From positions 9,208-73,207 of the forward strand of contig JBEDUK010000027.1 of NCBI GenBank assembly GCA_040414485.1: a stretch of DNA of 64,000 bases. The letters are read 5' to 3'. The position numbers and the translations under genes are program-made. This document shows, one piece after another, positions 29,020 to 37,855 of the stretch. Numbering within the stretch: the first letter of the stretch is position 1; every line of letters begins with the position of its first letter. The notes under the pieces are model-generated. The model did no database searches and was not told the origin of the DNA. It saw only the letters and a list, made by a program, of their open reading frames with translations. The DNA is from Actinomycetota bacterium. GTDB taxonomy: Bacteria; Actinomycetota; UBA4738.

Positions 29020-30087
29020 CTATCTGGCCGCCAGGCCCAGGTGCTGTGCGATGGCTGCCGCGTCGGCTCGGAGCGTCGCCGTCGGCTCGGCGTCGCGGTT
29101 GCCCCACTGCGGATCCTTCAGGCCGTGCCCCGTCAGGACGCACACGACCGTCGCGTCGGCAGGCAGAGAGCCGCGGCCGTGCAGCGTCAGCAATCCGGCC
29201 ACGGACGCGGCCGACGCGGGTTCGACGAACAGCCCTTCCTCGCGCATCAGTCGCCGCTGTGCCGCCAGGATCTCCTCGTCCGTCACGGCCGCGATCCCCC
29301 CACCGGAGTCGGCCGCCGCATGGAGGGCACCGTCCCACGACGCCGGGTTCCCGATCCGGATCGCCGTCGCGACCGTCTCCGGATCCGCGATCGGCGCACC
29401 GTGCACGAGCGGCGCGGCGCCCGCGGCTTGGAAGCCGAACATCCGCGGCGTCGCCGCGACCACCTCGTCGTCGGCGTATTCGCGGTAGCCCATCCAGTGG
29501 CTCGTGATGTTCCCGGCGTTCCCCACCGGCACCAGGTGCAGGTCGGGCGCCCGGCCGAGCATGTCGCACACTTCGAATGCCAGCGACTTCTGGCCCTGCA
29601 GCCGGTAGGGATTGACCGAATTGACCAGTGCCACGTCGAAGCGCGACGCGAGATCCCGCACCGCGCCGAAGGCCATGTCGAAATTCCCGTCCACCTCGAT
29701 CACCGCCGCGCCGTGCGCGAGCGTCTGCGCCATCTTTCCCGGCGCGATCCTGCCCTTCGGCACAATCACCGCGCAGGTCAGGCCGGCCTTCGCCGCATAG
29801 GCTGCCGCCGACGCGCTGGTGTTGCCGGTCGAGGCGCACACGACGGCGGCCGCCCCCTCCTCGCACGCCTTCGACACCGCCACGGTCATCCCACGGTCCT
29901 TGAACGAACCGGTCGGGTTCGCGCCTTCGAACTTCAGGTGGACCTCGCATCCGGTCTCGGCCGACAGGCGCTCGCTGAAGATGAGCGGCGTGCCGCCCTC
30001 GCGGAGCGTGACGACCGGCGTCGCGGCATCGACCGGGAGGCGGTCCGAATACTCGGTGATCACGCCGCGCCACTGGTGCGCCGTCAC
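29020..30087 (-). CDS. thrC: Threonine synthase
   Basis: EGANPTGSFKDRG (PLP lysine), CASTGNTSAS, PVGNAGN, ATAIRIGNP, LTGHGLKDP. Confidence 0.95.
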   Translation of the reverse strand: MTAHQWRGVITEYSDRLPVDAATPVVTLREGGTPLIFSERLSAETGCEVHLKFEGANPTGSFKDRGMTVAVSKACEEGAAAVVCASTGNTSASAAAYAAKAGLTCAVIVPKGRIAPGKMAQTLAHGAAVIEVDGNFDMAFGAVRDLASRFDVALVNSVNPYRLQGQKSLAFEVCDMLGRAPDLHLVPVGNAGNITSHWMGYREYADDEVVAATPRMFGFQAAGAAPLVHGAPIADPETVATAIRIGNPASWDGALHAAADSGGGIAAVTDEEILAAQRRLMREEGLFVEPASAASVAGLLTLHGRGSLPADATVVCVLTGHGLKDPQWGNRDAEPTATLRADAAAIAQHLGLAAR

Positions 30088-31373
30088 GGTTCGCCCGCCT
30101 CCACGCGGATGACCGACGCGACGCTTCGAACCACGTCCAGCCCGTCAAGCCGGTCGCGGCACGCGGCCAGCCGCCGCTCCGTGGCACGGTGCGTGATGAC
30201 CACGAGCTGCGCCTCGTCGCCGTGGCCGTCCTGCCACACCGACTTGATGGACACCTGATGTTCGGCGAACGCCGACGCGATCTCCGCGAGCACCCCTGGG
30301 CGATCGTCCACCCGAAGGAGGAAGTAGTACTGCGCGGGCAGGTCGTCCATGGGCAGGATCGCCCGGGATCGCGCCCGGGCGGCGCCCGCGGAACGCCCGC
30401 CGTGGCGCAGGTTCCGCGCCGCCTCGATCAGGTCACCCACCACGGACGTGGCCGTGGGGTCGCCGCCGGCTCCCCTGCCGGTGAGCATCAGGTCGCCGAC
30501 CCGCTCGCCGGTGATCAGGACGGCGTTGAAGCTGTGCCGAACGTCGGCCAGCGGATTGTCCAGCGGGATCATCGCGGGGTGGACCCGGACGGACACCGAT
30601 CCGTCCACGATCTCCGCGACGGCGAGCGGTTTGACGGCGTAACCGAGCCGGCGTGCATTCGCGATGTCCTCGGCGGTGACGCCCGCGATGCCCTCCCGAT
30701 GGACGTCGGCGGCCACGACCCGCGCGTCGAACGCGATCGCGGCGAGGATCGCGGCCTTCGCGGCGGCGTCGAACCCCTCGACGTCGGCGGTGGGGTCGGC
30801 CTCGGCGTAGCCGAGCTCCTGCGCCTCCGCGAGGGCGTCGGCAAGGCTCAGGCCGTCCTCCGTCATGCGGGTGAGGATGTAGTTCGTCGTCCCGTTCACG
30901 ATGCCCATCACCCGGACGATGCGCTCGCCGGCGAGGCTCTCCAGGAGCGGGCGGACCAGCGGGATGCCCCCGCCGACGCTCGCCTCGTAGAGCAGGTCCA
31001 CGTCGTTCGCGGCCGCCGCGTCCAGGAGGTCGGCGCCGTGCGTGGCCAGCAGCTCCTTGTTCGCCGTGACGACCGGCTTGCCCGACGCGAACGCCTTCAG
31101 GACCAGATCGTGCGCGGGGCGCACGCCGCCCATGACCTCCGCCACCACGTCGACGTCGCTCGCGCCGACCACGGCGTACGGGTCGTCGGTGAAGGCCGAT
31201 CCGGGAACCGGCACGTCCCGGTCGCGGCCGAGGTCACGCACCGCGACGCGGGTGACCTCCAGACGGACACCGGTTCGTAGTTCGATGTCCTGGGCATGGT
31301 CGTGGAGCATCCGCGCCACCGCCGCGCCGACGTTGCCGCACCCGAGGAGCCCCACGCGGACCGCATTCGTCAT
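30084..31373 (-). CDS. hom: Homoserine dehydrogenase with ACT domain
   Basis: GLLGCGNVG, VTANKELL, YEASVGGGIP, NGTTNYIL, EADPTADVEG, DRPGVLA. Confidence 0.96.
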   Translation of the reverse strand: MTNAVRVGLLGCGNVGAAVARMLHDHAQDIELRTGVRLEVTRVAVRDLGRDRDVPVPGSAFTDDPYAVVGASDVDVVAEVMGGVRPAHDLVLKAFASGKPVVTANKELLATHGADLLDAAAANDVDLLYEASVGGGIPLVRPLLESLAGERIVRVMGIVNGTTNYILTRMTEDGLSLADALAEAQELGYAEADPTADVEGFDAAAKAAILAAIAFDARVVAADVHREGIAGVTAEDIANARRLGYAVKPLAVAEIVDGSVSVRVHPAMIPLDNPLADVRHSFNAVLITGERVGDLMLTGRGAGGDPTATSVVGDLIEAARNLRHGGRSAGAARARSRAILPMDDLPAQYYFLLRVDDRPGVLAEIASAFAEHQVSIKSVWQDGHGDEAQLVVITHRATERRLAACRDRLDGLDVVRSVASVIRVEAGEP

Positions 31374-31421
31374 CCGGAAGATGCTATCCGGGGCCGACCG
31401 GGGTCCTGACCGCTCCGGACC

Positions 31422-31616
31422 TCAGGCGCGATCGGTGGCTTGGCGCTCGGACCCGCCGGAGGCGCCGACGGCGGCACCGGCGCGTCGAAGCAGGCCTTCG
31501 ATCCGCTCGAGCTCCTCCGCCCGGCGGCGGCCCTCGGCGACCCAGGTCCCCAGCAGCACGAGTCCCACGGCGAGCTCGAGCATCAGCACCGCCAGGATCC
31601 AGACGACCGCCCCCAT
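31422..31616 (-). CDS. 64-aa single-TM hypothetical protein
   Basis: GGAGG RBS 8 nt before the ATG. Hydrophobic N-terminus followed by a charged helix. Directly follows the OscA-like gene. Confidence 0.55.
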   Translation of the reverse strand: MGAVVWILAVLMLELAVGLVLLGTWVAEGRRRAEELERIEGLLRRAGAAVGASGGSERQATDRA

Positions 31617-31620
31617 GTCG

Positions 31621-31863
31621 CTAGCCTCCGCCGGGCGGCCGCCCCGGCCGCGCCGGCCGCCCCGACGGCGTGCCGGGCGGCTCCCGCAGCCGGAGCCTCT
31701 CCGCCACGTCGATCTGGACGACCTTGCCGTCGTGGACCAGCACCTGGACGCTGCCGAACCGGATCCCTCGCAGCGCTTCGATCACGCGGAACGCGAGCGT
31801 CAGCTCGTCGCGCGTTATGTCCTTCGGGACTCCGGTGATGGGCGTCCCCTCCCGTCCAGCCAT
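31621..31863 (-). CDS. DUF2292/YezD (OscA-like) sulfur-starvation small protein
   Basis: IRFGSVQVLVHDGKVVQID.AERLR signature. GAGGGAG RBS. Located after cysA. Confidence 0.8.
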   Translation of the reverse strand: MAGREGTPITGVPKDITRDELTLAFRVIEALRGIRFGSVQVLVHDGKVVQIDVAERLRLREPPGTPSGRPARPGRPPGGG

Positions 31864-31900
31864 CGCGCGCGCTCCCTCGGCCAATGCCACCCCTCCCGTC

Positions 31901-33043
31901 CTACGCCACGATCGCCGGCTCCGCGGAGCCGCCGTCAGCCGATTCCGGGGCGGCGCCATTCGCGCCGACGCCCGCGTAATGCCCCGGCCGGTCCTCCACC
32001 TCGAACACCTTCGCGTTCCGAAGGTCGAGGTGGACGCGATCCCCTTCGCCCACCGGCGGCACCGGCAGCTCGTCGTTCGAGACGTCCGCCGTCAGGTCCT
32101 GGCCGTCGGTGAGCCGAAGCCGGAGCTTCGAGGCCCATCCGAGGTTCGTGATCCGTTCGATCACCGCACTGGTGGACCCCAGCCGCGTCTGCTCGCCGGC
32201 GATCGAGATCTGGTGCGGACGCACGTACGCGTGCACGCGCACACCCTCAGCCAGGTCGTCGCCGCCGTCGCCACTGGTCCATCCGTCGGCCACCCGGACC
32301 CGGCCGCCATCCATGCGGCCCTCAAGGACGTTCGCGGCGCCGACGAAGCCGGCGACGAATCGCGTCGCCGGGCGGTTGTAGACGTCGTCCGGCGTGCCGA
32401 CCTGCTCGACCCGCCCCTGGTGCATGACCACGACCTCGTTCGCCAGTTCGAGCGCCTCCTCCTGGTCGTGGGTGACCAGCAGGCTCGTCACGCCGAGCTC
32501 GCTGTGCAGGTCGTCCAGCCAGCGTCGAAGGTCCTGCCGGACCCGCGCGTCCAGCGCCCCGAACGGCTCGTCCAGCAACAGCACGGTCGGCCGGGGCGCC
32601 AGCGCCCGCGCCAGCGCGACCCGCTGGCGCTGCCCACCCGACAGCTGGTCCGGATACCGGTCGGCCCACGGCGCCAGTTGCACCAGCCTCAACAGTTCGT
32701 CAACCCGCTTTACCGTTTCATCCTTGCCGACCTTTCGCACGCGAAGGCCGAAGGCCACGTTCTGGCGCACGGTCATGTGACGGAACAGCGCGTAGTGCTG
32801 GAAGACGAACCCGACCCGCCGCTCCTGGACGGGCGCGTTCGTCTGCTCCTCGCCGGCCAGCGAGATGCGCCCGGTGTCGGGCCGTTCGAGCCCCGCGATC
32901 ATGCGGAGGACGGTCGACTTCCCCGATCCGGACGGCCCGAGGATCGCGGTGATCTTCCCCTCTTCGGCCTCGAAGGAGACGTCCGCCACTGCGCGGAACG
33001 ATCCGAAGCTCTTGTTCAACCCCTCGACGACGATCCCGGTCAT
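31901..33043 (-). CDS. cysA: Sulfate/thiosulfate ABC ATPase
   Basis: GPSGSGKST, FVFQHYALFRHMTV, LSGGQRQR, LLDEPFGALD, TOBE-like C-terminus. Confidence 0.93.
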   Translation of the reverse strand: MTGIVVEGLNKSFGSFRAVADVSFEAEEGKITAILGPSGSGKSTVLRMIAGLERPDTGRISLAGEEQTNAPVQERRVGFVFQHYALFRHMTVRQNVAFGLRVRKVGKDETVKRVDELLRLVQLAPWADRYPDQLSGGQRQRVALARALAPRPTVLLLDEPFGALDARVRQDLRRWLDDLHSELGVTSLLVTHDQEEALELANEVVVMHQGRVEQVGTPDDVYNRPATRFVAGFVGAANVLEGRMDGGRVRVADGWTSGDGGDDLAEGVRVHAYVRPHQISIAGEQTRLGSTSAVIERITNLGWASKLRLRLTDGQDLTADVSNDELPVPPVGEGDRVHLDLRNAKVFEVEDRPGHYAGVGANGAAPESADGGSAEPAIVA

Positions 33044-33924
33044 GACGCGAGCTTCCTTTCCCCTCGGTGCTTGAGGATCTCGATGCCGGACAGCAGCAGC
33101 ACCGAGACCAGGGCGAGGGTCGTGGCCACGATGTAGCCCTGCGCGTCCCTGCCCTCGTCGAACGCGCGCAGGATGAACAGGGTCGCGGTTTCGGTGTGGC
33201 CGGTGATCTGGCCGCTCACCACCAGCACCGCGCCGATCTCACCGATCGCCCGCGCCGTGGTCAGCGCGATGCCGTAGAGCAGCGCCCAACGGATGTTCGG
33301 CAGCGTCACCTTGAAGAACGTCTGCAGGCTGGAGGCACCGAGCGTCCGCGCGGCCTCCTCCTCCTCGGTCCCCAGCTCGCCGAGGAGCGGCGCCACCTCG
33401 CGGATCACGAACGGGATGCAGATGAAGATCGTGACGAGCACCATCGACGGGAGCGCGAAGATGATCTGGATGCCGTGCGCGTCGAACCACGGCTTGAACC
33501 ACCCCCCGGTGCCGAACATGAGCACGCACGCGAGCCCGACGATCACCGGCGAAACGGCGAGCGGGAGGTCGACGAACGCGCTGACCAGCGCGCGCCCGGG
33601 GAAGGGGTCGCGCGCGAGCATCAGGGCGACCACCACGCCCAGGACGGCGGTGACCACGACCGTGGTCGCGGTGATGATCAACGTCAGGTAGAACGCATGG
33701 CGGACGTCGGGCTGCGAGAACGTCTCGACCCACGCGTGCCCGCCGGCCTTGATCGCGGCCCAGATGATCCCGGCGAGCGGCGCGATGAGCAGCACCGCGG
33801 CGTAGACCAGCGCGATGCCCGTGAGGCTTCCGTGGATGAGGCGACGCCTGCGAAGGATCGCCGCATCGGATCGCGGGGCGGTCGCGTTCGGCGCCACGGG
33901 CGGAGCGGCCGTCCGCGCGCTCAT
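33040..33924 (-). CDS. cysW: Sulfate ABC permease CysW
   Basis: FVDLPLAVSPVIVG, PFVIREVAP, EEAARTLGA, ARAIGEIGAV. ATGA overlap with cysT. Confidence 0.9.
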   Translation of the reverse strand: MSARTAAPPVAPNATAPRSDAAILRRRRLIHGSLTGIALVYAAVLLIAPLAGIIWAAIKAGGHAWVETFSQPDVRHAFYLTLIITATTVVVTAVLGVVVALMLARDPFPGRALVSAFVDLPLAVSPVIVGLACVLMFGTGGWFKPWFDAHGIQIIFALPSMVLVTIFICIPFVIREVAPLLGELGTEEEEAARTLGASSLQTFFKVTLPNIRWALLYGIALTTARAIGEIGAVLVVSGQITGHTETATLFILRAFDEGRDAQGYIVATTLALVSVLLLSGIEILKHRGERKLAS

Positions 33925-34832
33925 TCCTCCGGCTCCTTCGCCGGTCGCCGCGCCACCAGCCGCTCGGTTACGAGCACCAGCACGAAGGACAGCCCGAACA
34001 GGAGCGAAGCGACCGCGGCGGCCTGCTCGGGCTTGAACTGGCTGATCAAGCCGAAGATGAACACGGGCGCGGTGAGCGTCTTGCCGATGATGTTGCCGGA
34101 GACGATCACGACGGCGCCGAACTCGCCGATCGCCCGGGCGAACACGAGGAGCATGCCCGCGGCGATCGGCGGCCGAAGATGCGGCAGGACGACGCTTCGT
34201 GCCGTCCGGATCCGTCCGGCGCCCAGGACGTGCGCGGCCTCCTCCTCGGACCGGTCCAGCTCGAGCATCACCGGCTGGACGGTCCGGACGACAAGCGGCA
34301 GCGTCACGAACAGCAGCGCGAGCAGGATCCCGGCCGGCGCGAAGATCACGTGGACGCCGTGCCTCTCCAGGAACGAACCGACCGGCGAGGCCGGGCCGTA
34401 CAACGCCCGCAGCATGACGCCGGTGACCAGCGTGGGAATGGCGAACGGGATGTCGACGATCGTCGACAGGGCCGCCCGCCCGGGGAACCGATAGCGAACC
34501 AGCACGTACGCGATCAGTGTTCCGAACACCCCGTTGATCACCGCGGTCAGCGCCGCGAGCACCAGCGTGAGCTCGACCGCCTTCCACGCGCCGGGCGCGG
34601 CGAACGCATCCTTCAGCGCACCGAAGCCGTTGCCGAAGCCGCGCGTGAGCACCGCGACGATCGGCAGCGCGACCATGACGGCCAGGTACAGCAGCGCCGT
34701 GGCGCGGAGCCCCCACCGGCCCCACGGGGGGCGCCGGCGGGGGCGGGGGGCCGCGCCCCCTCCCGCGCCGGGGTCGAGGCGCGGGAGGGGTGGGCGGGGA
34801 GGTGCGTCGAGTGAGCCGGTCCGTGTCGCCAT
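33921..34832 (-). CDS. cysT: Sulfate ABC permease CysT
   Basis: VDIPFAIPTLVTG, FVTLPLVVRTVQP, EEAAHVLGA, ARAIGEFG. Confidence 0.9.
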   Translation of the reverse strand: MATRTGSLDAPPRPPLPRLDPGAGGGAAPRPRRRPPWGRWGLRATALLYLAVMVALPIVAVLTRGFGNGFGALKDAFAAPGAWKAVELTLVLAALTAVINGVFGTLIAYVLVRYRFPGRAALSTIVDIPFAIPTLVTGVMLRALYGPASPVGSFLERHGVHVIFAPAGILLALLFVTLPLVVRTVQPVMLELDRSEEEAAHVLGAGRIRTARSVVLPHLRPPIAAGMLLVFARAIGEFGAVVIVSGNIIGKTLTAPVFIFGLISQFKPEQAAAVASLLFGLSFVLVLVTERLVARRPAKEPEE

Positions 34833-34840
34833 CGGTGCGG

Positions 34841-35899
34841 TCAGCCCTTCGCCGCCTTCAGGGCGTTCGTGAACACGCCGTTCGTGCCGAACACGTCCGT
34901 GTCGATCTTGTTCCAGCCGCCCAGGTCGGCCGCCGTGAAGGCGTCCTTCAGCGCGGGCAGGTCACCGTTCGACGCGACCGCCTGGGTCGGGTCGTTCGGG
35001 CGGAACAAGCCGGTGCCGGCGAAGATCGCCTGGGCGTCGGCCGAGTGCAGATACGCGACGAAGGCGTTTGCCACGTTCGTCACGCAGTCCGAGGCGGCGT
35101 TCTTGTCGACCACGACGGTCGGGTTCTGGATCAGGATCGTCGATGACGGATAGACGATCGTGTCGTCCTTGCCGGCCGCCTGGGCCAGCACGACCTGGTT
35201 CTCGTAGGTGATGGCGACATCGCCGTTGCCGGACTCGAAGTTCTTGAGCGAGTCGTTGGCGCTCTTGTCCATCACGGTGACGTTCCTGAAGATGTTCGTG
35301 AGCAGGGACTGGGCGCCGCCGGCGTCCGCGCTGTAACCGGAGACCTTGCCGCGGATCGCCGCGCCGTACGCGCCCAGGATGTTCCAGCGGGCTCCGCCGC
35401 TCTGAGCCGGGTCGGGCGTCAGGATCTGCGTGCCGGACTTCGTCAGATCGGCCCAGTCGTGGATGCCCTTCGGGTTGTTCGGCCTGACGTCGAACACGAC
35501 AGAGGTCGTGGACACGATGCTGCTGTCCGTCACCGGCCTGGTGATCAGGCCGGCCTTCTGGATCAGCTGGACGTCCGGGACCAGCGAGAGCGCCACCACG
35601 TCGGCCTTGAAGCCGTTGACCACGTTCTGGGCCTGGGTGGTGCTGCCGCCGAACGAGGTCTGGAAGATGACCTGCTGCCCGTCGTGGGCGTCCTTCCACT
35701 TCGACTGGAAGTCGGTGATCAGCTTGCCGTAGACGTCGTAGACGGTGCTGTAGGCGGCGAGCGTGATGACCGGGGAACTTGCCGGCTTGCAGGGCCCGCG
35801 GCGGGTGTTCGTCGCGGCGTTCGAGGTGCCGCAGGCGGCCGCGAGGCCGGCGATGGCCAGGCCCGCCACCAGGGCTTTCGGGATGGTGCGACGACGCAT
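34841..35899 (-). CDS. sbp: Sulfate-binding lipoprotein
   Basis: Lipobox LAAAC, SFGGSTTQAQNV, NPKGIHDWADL, TPDPAQSGGARWN, GDVAITYEN. Confidence 0.9.
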   Translation of the reverse strand: MRRRTIPKALVAGLAIAGLAAACGTSNAATNTRRGPCKPASSPVITLAAYSTVYDVYGKLITDFQSKWKDAHDGQQVIFQTSFGGSTTQAQNVVNGFKADVVALSLVPDVQLIQKAGLITRPVTDSSIVSTTSVVFDVRPNNPKGIHDWADLTKSGTQILTPDPAQSGGARWNILGAYGAAIRGKVSGYSADAGGAQSLLTNIFRNVTVMDKSANDSLKNFESGNGDVAITYENQVVLAQAAGKDDTIVYPSSTILIQNPTVVVDKNAASDCVTNVANAFVAYLHSADAQAIFAGTGLFRPNDPTQAVASNGDLPALKDAFTAADLGGWNKIDTDVFGTNGVFTNALKAAKG

Positions 35900-35967
35900 C
35901 CGGGGACTCCTCCCTTCGAAGCACGAGCCCGCGCGTCACAGCGCCGCAGGTCGTGGGTCGGTGGATC

Positions 35968-36073
35968 GGTCTCCGGGTGGTCCGGTCAACCGAAGGACTT
36001 CGGGATGGTCTCCGGTGGTCCGGTCAACCGTCGGTGGTGGAATCTGCCGGTCTCCGGGTGTTCCGGTCGATCG
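35968..36073. repeat. Three 24-25 nt direct repeats in the sulfate-operon leader
   Basis: ggtctccgggtggtccggtcaaccg (35968-35992), ggtctccggtggtccggtcaaccg (36007-36030), ggtctccgggtgttccggtcgatcg (36049-36073); unique spacers of 14 and 18 nt. Confidence 0.9.
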
Positions 36074-36081
36074 GTGCGCCA

Positions 36082-36112
36082 ACTGTATACGAGTCACTCC
36101 GCGGGGTGTCAA
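36082..36112 (-). promoter_or_regulatory. Sigma70/SigA-type promoter of the sulfate operon
   Basis: TTGACA (36112-36107), 17 nt, TATACA; an overlapping TACAGT -10 is also possible. Confidence 0.75.
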
Positions 36113-36159
36113 CGATCCTTCGGCGGAATCACATGTTCGGCACCGCGCTGCGGGCCGTC

Positions 36160-36894
36160 CTACCGGCCGAGAACGACCGGGCTTCCAAGGAGGCCGACCA
36201 CCAGCGCCACCTGTCCGACGTGATAGGTCACCATGATCGCGATCGGTCCGCCGCGGATGGTCCGGACGAAGCGCGTCCATCCGATCAGCGCGTCGGAGGT
36301 CACGAACAGGACGGCCCCGGCGATCGCGAACGCGCGACCCTGCGCCGACCACTCGGGCCTGCCGAGGGTGGCGATGGCGCTCGCGGCCATGGCGCTGATC
36401 GCGACGACGTAGAGGGTGACGGGGACGACGAGTTCGCGCCGCCGCTGACGCAGGATCCCCGCCCGCAGGCCGCGGAACAGCGGAACCGTCACGGCCAGGG
36501 TGACGGCGGCGCCGACCAGCAACGGAAGCAGGGGCGGCGATGTCGTGTTGAACGCGGCGACGTAGGCGAGGTGCGCGAAGAGGAACGACGCGAGGCCCGC
36601 GACGAACAGATCCTTCGGCAGCATGAGGAACACGTCGCCGGCCAGCGACAGGCAGAGCGCGGCGAGGGTGAACGCCCAGCGCGCATCGGGGAGCGGCGGT
36701 CGCCGGTAGGCGACCGCCGCGGCGATGAGCACCATGAGGGTGAGCGGCTTGCAGACGTACTCGACGCGCTTCGCGTGGCGTGCGACCGCCATCCAGTCGC
36801 ATGCCGCCACCACGAGCGAGGCGACGACAAGCGCGGTGCCGGTGCTCAGCGCGGCCCGTCCAGGCGTTCGCGGAGCGTCATCGTCACGGACCAC
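36160..36894 (-). CDS. Lysoplasmalogenase / YhhN family membrane protein
   Basis: KPLTL, LSLAGDVFL, GLASFLFAHLAY, LFVTSD, TYHVGQ. Start uncertain (ORF track gives 36954). Confidence 0.85.
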   Translation of the reverse strand: MVRDDDAPRTPGRAALSTGTALVVASLVVAACDWMAVARHAKRVEYVCKPLTLMVLIAAAVAYRRPPLPDARWAFTLAALCLSLAGDVFLMLPKDLFVAGLASFLFAHLAYVAAFNTTSPPLLPLLVGAAVTLAVTVPLFRGLRAGILRQRRRELVVPVTLYVVAISAMAASAIATLGRPEWSAQGRAFAIAGAVLFVTSDALIGWTRFVRTIRGGPIAIMVTYHVGQVALVVGLLGSPVVLGR

Positions 36895-36986
36895 AGGATC
36901 CAGCGGTTCACCGCGGGATGATCGCATGGCCCGTTTCAGGCTCGGAGTGGGCAACAGCCGGCGCGTCGGGTAGAACTTGCGGTCTC

Positions 36987-37802
36987 ATGGCGAGCGAATC
37001 CAGCATCCGGGACGAGGTCGTAAAGCGACTTTACCAAGTGCCGCCGGAGCAGTTCGTCGCCGAGCGGACCCGGTTGGTGAAGGAGTCCAAGGACGCCGGT
37101 GAACGCGACCAGGCGGCCGCGCTCGGTCGGCTTCGCCGGCCCGCCGCGCCGGCCTGGGCGCTGGCGCGGATCGCGGCCGATGATCCCGACGCCGTCGATG
37201 AGTTGCTCGCGGCGAACTCGCGTCTCCGTGACGCGATGGCCGGCGGCGGACGGGTTGGCGGCGAGCGCTTCCGTCAGGCGTCCGACGAACGCCTGCGTGT
37301 CGTCGCGCGACTCACCGACCGCGCGGGCAAGGTCCTCGAGGAGGCCGGCATCAGCGCCGGGCGGCCGGTTCTCGAACGGATCGAGACCACCCTGATGGCG
37401 ACGGCGACCGACGACGCCGGCGCGGACCTGCTACGACGCGGGGTGCTCGACCACGACCTGGCGGCCGGCGGGTTCGCGGACCTGCTCGGGGGGGCCGAAT
37501 CCACCGTCTCCGAGTCCCCGCCGGGCGGCGCCGGCGCCAAGAAGGACGCGGACGGCGCCGTCAGCAGGAAGCGCCGCGAGCGGCTCGAGCGAGAAGCGAG
37601 GGAGCGGCAGGACGAGGCACGGGCCGCCGAGGATGCGGCGGCGGCCGCCGAGCGCGACGCCCAGGTGGCCCAGCGGGCAGCGGAGGCGGCCGTCAAGGCC
37701 GCCTCCGTCAAGCGCAAGGACGCCGAGCGGCTGGCGAAGGACGCCTCGCGGGCCCACGAGCGGGCGCGAACCGCGGTCGACCGTCTGGAGGCCGAGAGCT
37801 AG
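36987..37802 (+). CDS. Hypothetical alpha-helical / coiled-coil protein
   Basis: LYQVPPEQFVAER...LRRPAAPAWAL N-terminal domain and an Ala/Glu/Arg-rich coiled-coil tail. Confidence 0.75.
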   Translation: MASESSIRDEVVKRLYQVPPEQFVAERTRLVKESKDAGERDQAAALGRLRRPAAPAWALARIAADDPDAVDELLAANSRLRDAMAGGGRVGGERFRQASDERLRVVARLTDRAGKVLEEAGISAGRPVLERIETTLMATATDDAGADLLRRGVLDHDLAAGGFADLLGGAESTVSESPPGGAGAKKDADGAVSRKRRERLEREARERQDEARAAEDAAAAAERDAQVAQRAAEAAVKAASVKRKDAERLAKDASRAHERARTAVDRLEAES

Positions 37803-37855
37803 ACCGGCGTCTCGCCCTGTTCACCACGACGGCGTCCGCTCGCCGTGACCGAATG

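Noticed and set aside
35968-36073. CRISPR array interpretation of the triple repeat
   Set aside because: Only three units, spacers of 14 and 18 nt are too short and unequal, and there are no cas genes in the window
35936-36100. Poly-cysteine leader-peptide attenuator for the sulfate operon
   Set aside because: No ATG/GTG at the predicted TSS and no Cys-codon run in the leader
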